Assembly (NCBI GenBank): GCA_035455205.1 | Contig: DATIFM010000008.1 | Coordinates: forward strand, 110,545 to 174,544 | Direction: 5' to 3' | DNA: 64,000 bases | Origin: Candidatus Bilamarchaeum sp. | GTDB lineage: Archaea; Micrarchaeota; Micrarchaeia; Anstonellales; Bilamarchaeaceae | Shown: piece after piece, positions 52,080 to 60,437 of the stretch | How the letters are laid out: every line of letters starts with the position of its first letter | Numbering within the stretch: the stretch's first letter is position 1 | Notes under the pieces: model-generated | What the model saw: the letters and a program-made list of their open reading frames with translations, nothing else | What the model was told of the DNA's origin: nothing | Database searches by the model: none | Made by a program: the position numbers and the translations under genes

Positions 52080-52946
52080 TTATAAAGGTTTTCTCATCGC
52101 GGATTTCAGCTTCGCGAGAATGCCGTCCGGAGCGCCGAATTCACCGAGCGTCTGGCCTTTGTTCGCCCCGTGGAAGTCCGAGCCTCCGGATTCGAGGAGA
52201 CCAAGCTCAGCCGCGAGCGAGCGATAGCGCTCGATGAGCCGGTTGTTCCCGCTTTCGGCGAGTTTCACTTCCGGGCGGTTTCTGATGTAATCGTAATAAA
52301 CTTCGACACCGTCCCCTCCTGAGGCCTTGAAGTCCGAAAGGAGCTTTTCAGGCGCATAACCGTAGATGTCGGGGTGCGCAAGTATCGCGAGGCCGCCGGC
52401 CCCGTGTATCGTCCGGATTGCGTCGGCGAGGGGGAAGTGCTCGGCCCTCTCCACGTAAGCATCCTTCCCGCGCCCGAGGAGCTTGACGAAGACCGCGGAG
52501 ATTGAGCCGAATTCGGCCGGGTGGTTGCGGAGGAGCACCTTCGCGATGTGGGGCCGGCCGATGGAGCCCTGGGCCTCGGCCTTCACCTCCTCGAAGGTGA
52601 TGGAGTAGCCCAGCTCGCGGAGCTTCTCCACGGTCGCCTTCTTCTGGGAAAGGCGCTCCCGGGCGAGTGCTTCGAGCCGGGAGTTCAGGGCCGCGTTCGC
52701 CGCATCGATGAAAAGCCCGAGGACGTGGATGTCCTTGTAACCGAGGGCATCGTCGAAGACGGTTATCTCGATTCCGGGGATAAGCTCTACGGACGATTTC
52801 GCCCGGTCGATACGCTTCGCGCTCTTTATCGTGTCGTGGTCGGTGATGGCGAGGGCCTTCAGCTTCAGCCGCTCCGCGCCCCTCACGAGCTCATTGAACG
52901 TGAACGTCCCGTCGCTCGCGGTGGTGTGCGTATGGAGGTCTATCAT
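52080..52946 (-). CDS. PHP domain metal-dependent phosphoesterase (TrpH/YciV family)
   Basis: IDLHTHTTASDG, AITDHDT, IHVLG, GRPHIA, AILAHP, SGGSDFHG. Confidence 0.9.
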   Translation of the reverse strand: MIDLHTHTTASDGTFTFNELVRGAERLKLKALAITDHDTIKSAKRIDRAKSSVELIPGIEITVFDDALGYKDIHVLGLFIDAANAALNSRLEALARERLSQKKATVEKLRELGYSITFEEVKAEAQGSIGRPHIAKVLLRNHPAEFGSISAVFVKLLGRGKDAYVERAEHFPLADAIRTIHGAGGLAILAHPDIYGYAPEKLLSDFKASGGDGVEVYYDYIRNRPEVKLAESGNNRLIERYRSLAAELGLLESGGSDFHGANKGQTLGEFGAPDGILAKLKSAMRKPL

Positions 52947-52996
52947 CGCGAATCTTGCTCAAGCGCTTTTTATTAATTGCTGGGATAATAGCTGGA

Positions 52997-55570
52997 ATGG
53001 AATACTGGCAGATGAAAAAGGAGGAACTTCTCTCCGCTTATTCCAGTTCGGATGCCGGGCTCACGAGCGCCGAAGCGGCGCTCAGGCTCGCAAAAACCGG
53101 GCCGAACCAGATTGAGGCCCAGGACAAGAAAACACCCCTCCGGATTTTCATAGCCCAGTTCCAGAACCCGATGATTTACGTCCTCCTCGCGGCTACTGCG
53201 ATCGCCTTCGTGCTCGGGGAGCAGACCGAAGCGCTGATCATACTTGCGATACTCATGGTCAATGCGGTCCTGGGATTCGTCCAGGAATACCGCTCCGAGA
53301 AAGCCCTGGAAGAGCTCAGGAAATACGTGTCCATGACCGCGAGGGTCATACGCGGGGGCCAGACTTACGAGATTCCGGTGGAGGAGGTCGCGCCCGGGGA
53401 CATAATACATGTCGCGATAGGGGACATCGTCCCGGCGGACGCGAGGCTGACCGAAGCGCACGAGCTGGAGGTCAACGAGTCCATCCTGACCGGCGAGTCC
53501 AGCCCGGTGCACAAGAAATCGGACGTGATTGCGGCCGCAAAGGTGCCGGTCCACGAGCAAACAAACACGATTTTCATGGGCTCGACCGTCTCAGCGGGCC
53601 ACGGAGTCGGAGTCGTCGTGGGGACAGGGAAGGAGACGCTCCTTGGCAAGAGCGCGAAGGCCATCGGGAGCGCGGACCAGCCCACTGATTTCGAGAAGAG
53701 CATCCGGAGCTTCGGCGACATGCTCGTACGGGTCATACTGATAATGGTCGTCTTCGTATTCGTTGCCAATGCCTACCTCGGCCACGGCCTGCTGGAGTCA
53801 TTCCTTTTCGCTCTCGCAATAGCGGTGGGGATAACGCCCGAGCTGCTGCCGGTGATAATCACGATCGGCCTCTCCCAGGGGGCCATGAACCTCGTAAAGA
53901 AGAACGTGGCGGTCAAAAGGCTTCAGGCGATTGAGGACCTGGGGAACATGAACGTCCTCTGCGCGGACAAGACAGGGACGCTCACCGAGAACCGGGTCGA
54001 GCTGATACGCTATCTCGACTCGGAGGGGAAGGACGACGAGAAGATACTCGCGTATTCCCTGCTTTGCAACACCGCCGTAGTCCACCATGGGAGGGTGAAC
54101 GGCGGGACGGTCGATTCCGCCATCTGGACATATGCGCTCGAGAAGTACGACTACAGGAAAATCCAGGCCTACCGGAAAGTGGAGCTCGTGGAGTTCGATT
54201 ACGAGAGGAAGAGGATGAGCGCCATCGTCGAGAAGGACGGCGCGCTCCTCATGATAACGAAGGGAGCCCCCGAGGCGATGCTCCCGGCCTGCACGAAAGT
54301 CCTCGTGGGGGGGAAGGAAGTTCCGCTTTCGAAAAAAATCAGGCAGGTCAAGGAGATGGGCGAGAAGTTCGGCTCCGAGGGCTACAGGGTCATCTCGGTC
54401 GCGTACAAGAGGCCCCCGCCCAAGGACGACTACACCAAAGACGACGAGCATTCGCTCGTGTTCATCGGGTTCCTCATAATGATGGACCCGCCCAAGAAGG
54501 ACGCCGGCGCTGCGCTCGAGAGGTTCAAGAGGCTCGGCGTAGACATGTACGTGCTCACGGGGGACGGGCCGCTCGTCACCGAGCAGGTATGCAAACAGGT
54601 CGGCATACTGAACAAGTCGGGGCTGGTCCTCCAGGGCATGGACCTTGCGGGCATGGACGACAAGGAGCTTCAGGAGACAGTCGGGAAGCACAATATCTTC
54701 GCAAGGGTGACGCCTGCGGACAAGCTCGCCATAGTGAACGCATTGCGGGCAAGCGGGCATATTGTCGGCTTCATAGGGGACGGGGTGAACGACGCGCCGT
54801 CCCTGAAGGCGGCGGACGTCGGGATATCGGTGAGCAATGGGACGGACATAGCCAAGGACGCGGCGGACGTAGTGCTGCTCAGCAAGAACCTCAACGTCAT
54901 AGCTAACGGGATAGCGGAGGGAAGGACTACCTTCAACAACATAACCAAGTACATAAACGCCACCATCAGCGCGAACTTCGGCAACATGTTCACGCTCACG
55001 ATTGCCTCGATAATCCTGCCTTTCATACCCCTCCTGCCCTCCCAGATACTCCTGAACAACCTGCTCACGGACGTTCCGATGCTGACGATTTCCACCGACA
55101 GCGTGAGCAAGGACGAGCTCCGCAAGCCGAAAAAATGGAACATCGCGCAGATAACGAGGTTCATGATTTTCTTCGGCCTGATAAGCTCGGTCTTCGACCT
55201 GATAACGATGGGCTTCCTGCTCTATGTCATCAGCGCGCAGACGGAAACGTTCAGGACGATCTGGTTCATCGAGTCGGCACTGACAGAGATATGCGTGATA
55301 TTCGCGATACGGACGTACAAGGTGATATACCAGTCCAAGCCGGGCAGGCTGCTTACGGCCGCTTCTGCGATATCCGCGATTATCGTCGCCGGAATCACGT
55401 TCACTCCGCTCGCAGTGTTCTTCCAGTTCGTGCAGGTGCCATTGAGCGTGCTGGGGGTCATCGTCGGGATAGTGCTGGCGTATGTCGCCGTCGTCGAGGT
55501 TTCCAAGAGGATATTCTACGCGATGGAGAACAGGCGGGCGCTAAAAGCGAAGGAAAGGGGCGGGGCGTAA
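52997..55570 (+). CDS. mgtA: Magnesium-translocating P-type ATPase (MgtA/MgtB-like)
   Basis: LTGES, AVGITPELLP, ADKTGTLT phosphorylation site, TGDG, FIGDGVNDAPSL, ISANFGNMF, QILLNNLLTD. Confidence 0.85.
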   Translation: MEYWQMKKEELLSAYSSSDAGLTSAEAALRLAKTGPNQIEAQDKKTPLRIFIAQFQNPMIYVLLAATAIAFVLGEQTEALIILAILMVNAVLGFVQEYRSEKALEELRKYVSMTARVIRGGQTYEIPVEEVAPGDIIHVAIGDIVPADARLTEAHELEVNESILTGESSPVHKKSDVIAAAKVPVHEQTNTIFMGSTVSAGHGVGVVVGTGKETLLGKSAKAIGSADQPTDFEKSIRSFGDMLVRVILIMVVFVFVANAYLGHGLLESFLFALAIAVGITPELLPVIITIGLSQGAMNLVKKNVAVKRLQAIEDLGNMNVLCADKTGTLTENRVELIRYLDSEGKDDEKILAYSLLCNTAVVHHGRVNGGTVDSAIWTYALEKYDYRKIQAYRKVELVEFDYERKRMSAIVEKDGALLMITKGAPEAMLPACTKVLVGGKEVPLSKKIRQVKEMGEKFGSEGYRVISVAYKRPPPKDDYTKDDEHSLVFIGFLIMMDPPKKDAGAALERFKRLGVDMYVLTGDGPLVTEQVCKQVGILNKSGLVLQGMDLAGMDDKELQETVGKHNIFARVTPADKLAIVNALRASGHIVGFIGDGVNDAPSLKAADVGISVSNGTDIAKDAADVVLLSKNLNVIANGIAEGRTTFNNITKYINATISANFGNMFTLTIASIILPFIPLLPSQILLNNLLTDVPMLTISTDSVSKDELRKPKKWNIAQITRFMIFFGLISSVFDLITMGFLLYVISAQTETFRTIWFIESALTEICVIFAIRTYKVIYQSKPGRLLTAASAISAIIVAGITFTPLAVFFQFVQVPLSVLGVIVGIVLAYVAVVEVSKRIFYAMENRRALKAKERGGA

Positions 55571-55610
55571 CGTTTTTTAAAACTAAGGAACTAGAATCGA
55601 ATAACTAATT

Positions 55611-55719
55611 GCCTTGATAGTGTAGAGTCCCAAAGTGTTCGAAACGCTTCAGGACGCTCTATGGTCTAGCATACGAGACTGTCACTCTCGCGACCCGGGT
55701 TCGAATCCCGGTCAAGGCG
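55611..55719 (+). tRNA. tRNA-Asp(GUC) with a non-canonical intron of about 34 nt in the D-loop (about 55626-55659, position 15/16)
   Basis: Acceptor GCCTTGA/TCAAGGC+G, D-stem GTGT/GCAT, anticodon arm CGAGA-CTGTCAC-TCTCG, T-arm CCGGG-TTCGAAT-CCCGG; removing 55626-55659 restores D-loop AGTATGGTCTA. Confidence 0.88.
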
Positions 55720-55722
55720 TTT

Positions 55723-55759
55723 TGGTTAGTTTGTCAACCCTTCGGGTTGACACTAACCA
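55723..55759 (+). repeat. REP-like palindromic element, copy B
   Basis: TGGTTAG-TT-TGTCAACCC-TTC-GGGTTGACA-CTAACCA, starting 4 nt after tRNA-Asp. Confidence 0.75.
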
Positions 55760-55808
55760 GACAGTTTCTTTTGGCATCACCTACAGTACGGCGTGAACCA
55801 ACCTTTTT

Positions 55809-55850
55809 GGTCAGTTTGCAAACCCCTACGGGGTTTGCCGACAAACAAAA
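55809..55850 (+). repeat. REP-like palindromic element, copy C
   Basis: GGTCAGTTT-GCAAACCCC-TAC-GGGGTTTGC-CGACAAACAAAA. Confidence 0.75.
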
Positions 55851-55854
55851 AAAA

Positions 55855-56637
55855 TCAGAAGCCGAGCGCAGCGGGAAGCTCGGCATGAGCATTCTCTTCT
55901 GAAACCATCGCGTCGTAGAGCCTCAGCTTCGATGTAATGGACTCGAGGGTGTTCGGCGAAGAGTTCATGATAATCACTCCGCGGGCGCAATTCAGCATCT
56001 CGAGCGCATCGAGGAGGTCGTTCGCTATCACTGCCGTTCGCTTCGGGTCGAGCGTTTTCCCTGAAGCCGCCATCGCCTTCGAGGCTGCGGTCAGCTTGGT
56101 CATGGTTCCGTTGCCGTTGTCCTCGGAGCCTATCATCGTCTCGAAGCCCTGGAAGGTGCCGTTCACGTGCTCGACGCTCCCCACTGCGTGATGGAACCCG
56201 TAGCGCCTCGCCAGCCACTCGGCGCTGTCTCGGGAAGCGCGCGTCGCGAGGACGAGGGTGAGGCTTTCCCTTCGGGATAGCTCGATGAGCGCGTCAATCG
56301 TCCTTCTCTTGAGGCCGCCGGTCCTCTCGAGCTCCTCCATGACTGAAATCCAGTCCGACCTCCGGAAGCCGCGCGAGTAAAGCTCCCCGTAAACAGCGGC
56401 GTGGATGTCCTGCAGCTTGAGCTCCCCCCGGATGACCCTGCGGGGAAAGGATTCGAAAACGCGCTCCGCGACGGCCTTGCCGGCGAGCCTCTCGAGGGCG
56501 AGCTTTGGCGAGTCCTCCTTCGTGATGGTCCGGTCGACGTCTATGATGAGGGTTTCGAGCTCCGGGAGGGCCGCATTTCGCCTCCGCTTCGCGAAGCGGT
56601 AGCTCGAGACTGCGGCCTGGAAGAGCGGGTTCACCAT
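55855..56637 (-). CDS. HAD-superfamily hydrolase (SerB/PSP-like)
   Basis: IIDVDRTIT (DxD motif), VLATRAS, K near TKLTAA, AVIANDLLDALEM. Confidence 0.65.
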   Translation of the reverse strand: MVNPLFQAAVSSYRFAKRRRNAALPELETLIIDVDRTITKEDSPKLALERLAGKAVAERVFESFPRRVIRGELKLQDIHAAVYGELYSRGFRRSDWISVMEELERTGGLKRRTIDALIELSRRESLTLVLATRASRDSAEWLARRYGFHHAVGSVEHVNGTFQGFETMIGSEDNGNGTMTKLTAASKAMAASGKTLDPKRTAVIANDLLDALEMLNCARGVIIMNSSPNTLESITSKLRLYDAMVSEENAHAELPAALGF

Positions 56638-56662
56638 AAAATCATTCTCTTTCTAACAATTT

Positions 56663-57505
56663 TTATTGCTTGGGATTCGCGCAGCAGCGGAAGCCGGTCG
56701 AGTAGTCGAAATGGTGCGGGTCGTGGGCGGTCGTCATGTAGTTGCAGCCGTATCCGTTCTCATGGTCGTTCGAATAGAAGCCTCCCATGAAGACGCCGCG
56801 GAGCTGCCCGCGGACGACAAGTGTGTCGCTCACCCACTCGTGCAGGTTGCCGACCATGTCGAACACGCCGTAGTCGCTCACGCAGCGCGGGTGCGAGCCG
56901 CTCCTTGCGAGGCCGCCTTCGAGCAGGTTGAGCCGCTCGTCGTTGAGGTGGTTCTGGTAGCTGGCCCCGAAAAGGAGGCTCGGGGGGTGGATTCCCTGCG
57001 AGTTGCAGTGCCCGCGCACGAGGTTCTCCCCATAAGGGTAGGTCGTCCGTCCCATCCCCATGCAGGCAGACTGCCATTCGTCACGCGTGCAGAGCCTTTT
57101 TCCGGCCCGGGAGCATGAAGCTTCGGCGTCGATCTGGCTTATGTGGCCCTGCGGGAACACGCCGGCCTCGCTCCTTGCCACGGTTTCCGCGCCCATGACG
57201 GGCCGGTTGAACGGATGCCGCTTTCCGGGGTCGGCCTGCATCACGAGATAAGCCTCGTAGCGGTCAACGCAGAAAGGGCCTGCGCGCGCCATGTTGCGGA
57301 GGCACCCGTTCTCGGACTCGGGAATGGAATATATGCCGGAGGGGCGGCTGCTCACCTGTGCACCGGGAGCCTCAGGGGCAGGGAGTATCTTCTCGGCAAG
57401 CGGGACCTTCTCGATGCGCGGGGAGGAAGGCGGCTGGTGCATCGCGCATCCGGCGCTGATTAGCGCGCCAGCCATGAGAAGCCTGGCGTTGCCTGGAAGA
57501 TTCAT
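56663..57505 (-). CDS. Formylglycine-generating-enzyme (SUMF1/EgtB/PvdO) domain lipoprotein-like protein
   Basis: FCVDRYEA, AEASCSRAGKRLCTRDEWQSAC, YPYG, GVFDMVGNLHEWV, GFRCC; N-terminal ISAGC. Start placed at 57505. Confidence 0.8.
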   Translation of the reverse strand: MNLPGNARLLMAGALISAGCAMHQPPSSPRIEKVPLAEKILPAPEAPGAQVSSRPSGIYSIPESENGCLRNMARAGPFCVDRYEAYLVMQADPGKRHPFNRPVMGAETVARSEAGVFPQGHISQIDAEASCSRAGKRLCTRDEWQSACMGMGRTTYPYGENLVRGHCNSQGIHPPSLLFGASYQNHLNDERLNLLEGGLARSGSHPRCVSDYGVFDMVGNLHEWVSDTLVVRGQLRGVFMGGFYSNDHENGYGCNYMTTAHDPHHFDYSTGFRCCANPKQ

Positions 57506-57547
57506 AAAAATACATAGAATAAAACTATTTATAAGAAGCGCTTTTTT

Positions 57548-57628
57548 GGTCAGTTTGTCAACCCTCAGAGGGTTGACCGGGAAGGGATTGTCGGTTTGCA
57601 AACCCTCCGGGTTTGCCGACAAAAAACC
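57548..57628 (+). repeat. REP-like palindromic elements, copies D and E (tandem pair)
   Basis: GGTCAGTTT-GTCAACCCT-CAG-AGGGTTGAC (57548-57577) and TTGTCG-GTTT-GCAAACCC-TCC-GGGTTTGC-CGACAA (57588-57622). Confidence 0.75.
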
Positions 57629-57783
57629 GGAGGAAATCTTCAAATGGTGTGAGAAAGTGTCTGTTTGCATATATTTATAAACTGTTTCGGGCATATATAT
57701 GCTTGCGCGAAAAGTGGGGAAAAAAGCAGTTATTTAAAGGAAAAACGCGTAAATACGAACAGGGGAGAGGGGGGTTCGACAGT

Positions 57784-58065
57784 ATGTCTGATATCATTGA
57801 AGGGCTGCTGCGCAACAAGTATTCGAGCGACGCCAAGTCGTACTTTGTCGGATTGGAAAGGGGCCGCATCTGGGCCGAAGATTACGCTGATTATTTCGAG
57901 ATGAGGCAGTGGAGCGAGATGAGCTACCTCGAGTTCGACTACCTGGTCCTGCCGCGCGGCGAGGATACCCATTTCAAGGTCCTCGGGCGCGACTCGCCCC
58001 TCGAGTGGAACGAATACCTCCGTGGATGGATAGACGGAGTGAAGCAGGTAGTCAGGGAATACTAG
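57784..58065 (+). CDS. Hypothetical protein, 93 aa, aromatic/acidic-rich
   Basis: SD-like GAGGGGG upstream; start placed at MSDIIEG. Confidence 0.6.
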   Translation: MSDIIEGLLRNKYSSDAKSYFVGLERGRIWAEDYADYFEMRQWSEMSYLEFDYLVLPRGEDTHFKVLGRDSPLEWNEYLRGWIDGVKQVVREY

Positions 58066-58355
58066 AAATAAGGCTTCATGTTCGCTTCCCGGACCGCTTC
58101 CCTCAGCTCCTCGATAAGCGCGAGTATCCTTTTTCCTCTTTCGGTAGTCCGGTATCCGATTATCCGCCGGCCGTTCTTCGACTGCAGGACCTCCTCGTGA
58201 AGTATCTTCATCACAAGCATCTCCTTCAGGCGCTTAGAGACCGTCGCCGAGCTGAGCTTCTTGCTCCCAATAGATATCCTCGTAAAGTCCGCAAACGAGA
58301 CCGGAGCGACATCGGCCATGGCCATCATCTGCAAAGAACCACGTGGTGCAACCAT
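58062..58355 (-). CDS. Small winged-helix (HxlR/ArsR-like) DNA-binding protein
   Basis: SFADFTRI...LSSATVSKRLKEM...GYRTTERGKRI. Confidence 0.65.
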   Translation of the reverse strand: MVAPRGSLQMMAMADVAPVSFADFTRISIGSKKLSSATVSKRLKEMLVMKILHEEVLQSKNGRRIIGYRTTERGKRILALIEELREAVREANMKPYF

Positions 58356-58475
58356 GATATGCTTTAGCAGGTTAGTTTTTAAAAGTTAAGTGGATTTTTT
58401 TTCACGTGATGTTTCTGCCATGAAAGCGGGCAGGATATAAAAGGATTGCCGCCCTTTACACTCGAGAGGTGTGAT

Positions 58476-59381
58476 ATGAGAGGTATCCAGATACTCTTGA
58501 TTTGCGCTGTCCTCCTGTTCGGGTGCACCGGCGGGGGCCAGCAGACAGGCCAGAATCCCCCGTCGGGAGGCTCGACGCAGCCGCCTGCCGGAGGAGGCGC
58601 TTGCGAGCCCAAATACTCGTTCTCCGAGCTGGGCGACGGAGTGCTTTCCCAGAGCGCCAAGCTCGTGGCGACAGTCACGTGCGCCGGGAACAAGACGCTC
58701 GAAGTTACCCTTGACGGGGTAAGCGCTACGAGCGCCAAGGCTGACAGCGACGCAACGACGCCGCTAGAGCTCAAATTCGCCCCGCCCAAGGACGGCACGG
58801 TCAAGCTGGCCGTCGAAAGCGACGGCGAGGTCGTGTTCTCCAGGGACTGGACGGTGAAGCCGCTCGGAAGCGACGACACCAAGGGCCCCGAGAACGACGC
58901 GGTCACCTTCAAGGAATGGAGGGCCATGTCCGTCGACGTCGGCAGCCCGATAAAGGTGGGCAAGGTCAAGCTGTTCCTGAAGAGGATAGCAGACAAGACC
59001 CAGCCGGGGACCAATGTCGTGGTGGAGCTGAGGGGCGATTCGGGGGGAAAACCGGGCTCGCTCATAGCATCGTCTAAGAAGCCGATAACCGCGACGACGC
59101 TCAGCGACAACTGGATAACATTCGACTTCCCGGATGCGCCCCAGCTTTCAGAGGGCACGAAATGGATTGTCCTCAGGATCGAGCAGACCGAGGACGTGAC
59201 CCTGATAAGCGACGCGGTGAACATACACTACGTCTCGGTGGACAAGCAGGCCGAGGGGAACGACTACACGAGGCAGATGATACTCAACGTCGACAAGGTC
59301 AACGGGGTAGCAACTGAGACATCGTGGACGCCGCTCTCGTACGACCGGAAGTACACCATAGTGGTTTCGGCCGCGGGCTAG
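58476..59381 (+). CDS. Secreted beta-rich lipoprotein-like hypothetical protein
   Basis: MRGIQILLICAVLLFGC lipobox, G/Q/P linker, Ig/jelly-roll-like strands. Confidence 0.65.
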   Translation: MRGIQILLICAVLLFGCTGGGQQTGQNPPSGGSTQPPAGGGACEPKYSFSELGDGVLSQSAKLVATVTCAGNKTLEVTLDGVSATSAKADSDATTPLELKFAPPKDGTVKLAVESDGEVVFSRDWTVKPLGSDDTKGPENDAVTFKEWRAMSVDVGSPIKVGKVKLFLKRIADKTQPGTNVVVELRGDSGGKPGSLIASSKKPITATTLSDNWITFDFPDAPQLSEGTKWIVLRIEQTEDVTLISDAVNIHYVSVDKQAEGNDYTRQMILNVDKVNGVATETSWTPLSYDRKYTIVVSAAG

Positions 59382-59779
59382 AAACCGTCTATTTTTTTTG
59401 CTATTTTTTTCAATTGCTCAAAGCGCATCCTCGTGTCCGCTTCCATCTCGAAAATAGTCTGCTCGAGGGTCGGGGCGCGCAGGAAATAGTTGCGCCCCTC
59501 CTTTACTACGAGGCCGGAGCGCTGGAACAGGTTGAGATGGTATATTATCGCGGCTTGCGTCACTTCGCCGAACTGCATGATGTCGCGCGAAGAGATGCCC
59601 TGCCCGCTTTTGCCGGCTTTAACGATTGCCCGGAAGACCAGCTTCCCCACGTCGTCGCGCTCGTCCCCGAGGCCGAGGCACTGGTATATCCAGTCAATCT
59701 CGTCATCGAGTGTCTTCTCGGACGTTGGCACGGCGATATAGCGGATGACTATCTGACGATAAATCCGTCGCTGCGCCAT
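59378..59779 (-). CDS. Winged-helix transcriptional regulator divergent from grpE-dnaK-dnaJ
   Basis: WIYQCLGL, VFRAIVKA, ISSRDI..GEVTQAAIIYHLNLFQRSGLVVKEGRNYFLR. Confidence 0.7.
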   Translation of the reverse strand: MAQRRIYRQIVIRYIAVPTSEKTLDDEIDWIYQCLGLGDERDDVGKLVFRAIVKAGKSGQGISSRDIMQFGEVTQAAIIYHLNLFQRSGLVVKEGRNYFLRAPTLEQTIFEMEADTRMRFEQLKKIAKKIDGF

Positions 59780-59839
59780 GCATTAAATAAGCAGCATCAA
59801 ATTTAAAAATATTTCGTAATATTAAACAATTTGTTAAAA

Positions 59840-60351
59840 ATGGAAAAGGTGAGCGCACGGAAAAGGCAGACGAACAGGCGGAGAAAAAGGAGCATGCGAA
59901 GCACCACGGCCAAACGGCAGAGCTTCAGGAAAGGCTGATGCGCCTGCAGGCCGAATTCGAGAACTACAAGAAAAGGGCGGCCCGCGAGAACGAGATGCTC
60001 CGGGAGGCCGCGAGCGCGGACATGATGCTCAAGATGCTTCCCATCGTTGACGAGTTCGAGATAGCCCTCAGGCACATGGAAAAGGCGGACGAGGGGGTCA
60101 GGCACGGCATGGAGCTGATATGCTCCAAGCTCAAGGACATGATGAAAAAGGAGGGCGTGGAGGAGATGAATGCGCTCGGCGAAAGCTTCGACCCGTACAA
60201 GCACGATGCCCTGCGGCAGGGCGAAGGCGAGGACGGGAAAGTCGTGGAAGTCATCCAGAAGGGTTATGTATTGCGGGGGAAAGTATTGCGCCACGCGAAA
60301 GTCGCAGTAGGAAGCGGGAAGGTGGGTCAGGATGGAAAGCAGGGAAATTGA
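59840..60351 (+). CDS. grpE: Nucleotide exchange factor GrpE (5' end appears frameshifted; first in-frame ATG at 59938)
   Basis: RLQAEFENYKKR, LPIVDEFE, FDPYKHDAL, QKGY.LRGKVLRHAKVAV; upstream of dnaK. Confidence 0.9.
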
Positions 60352-60437
60352 GAAGATGGACGGCATTGAAAGGGAAAAGATGGCGATACTGGCAAGGAGC
60401 CTGCAGAGGCCGGTTCCAGTGGGGATAGCATCGTGAG

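Noticed and set aside
43337-55719. Integrated element bounded by tRNA-Tyr and tRNA-Asp
   Set aside because: No integrase and no duplicated tRNA 3' end (att site); the interval contains core genes such as purH and geranylgeranyl reductase.
4611-57628. Possible CRISPR array among the palindromic and direct repeats
   Set aside because: No run of three or more identical repeats with unique, regularly sized spacers, and no cas genes.
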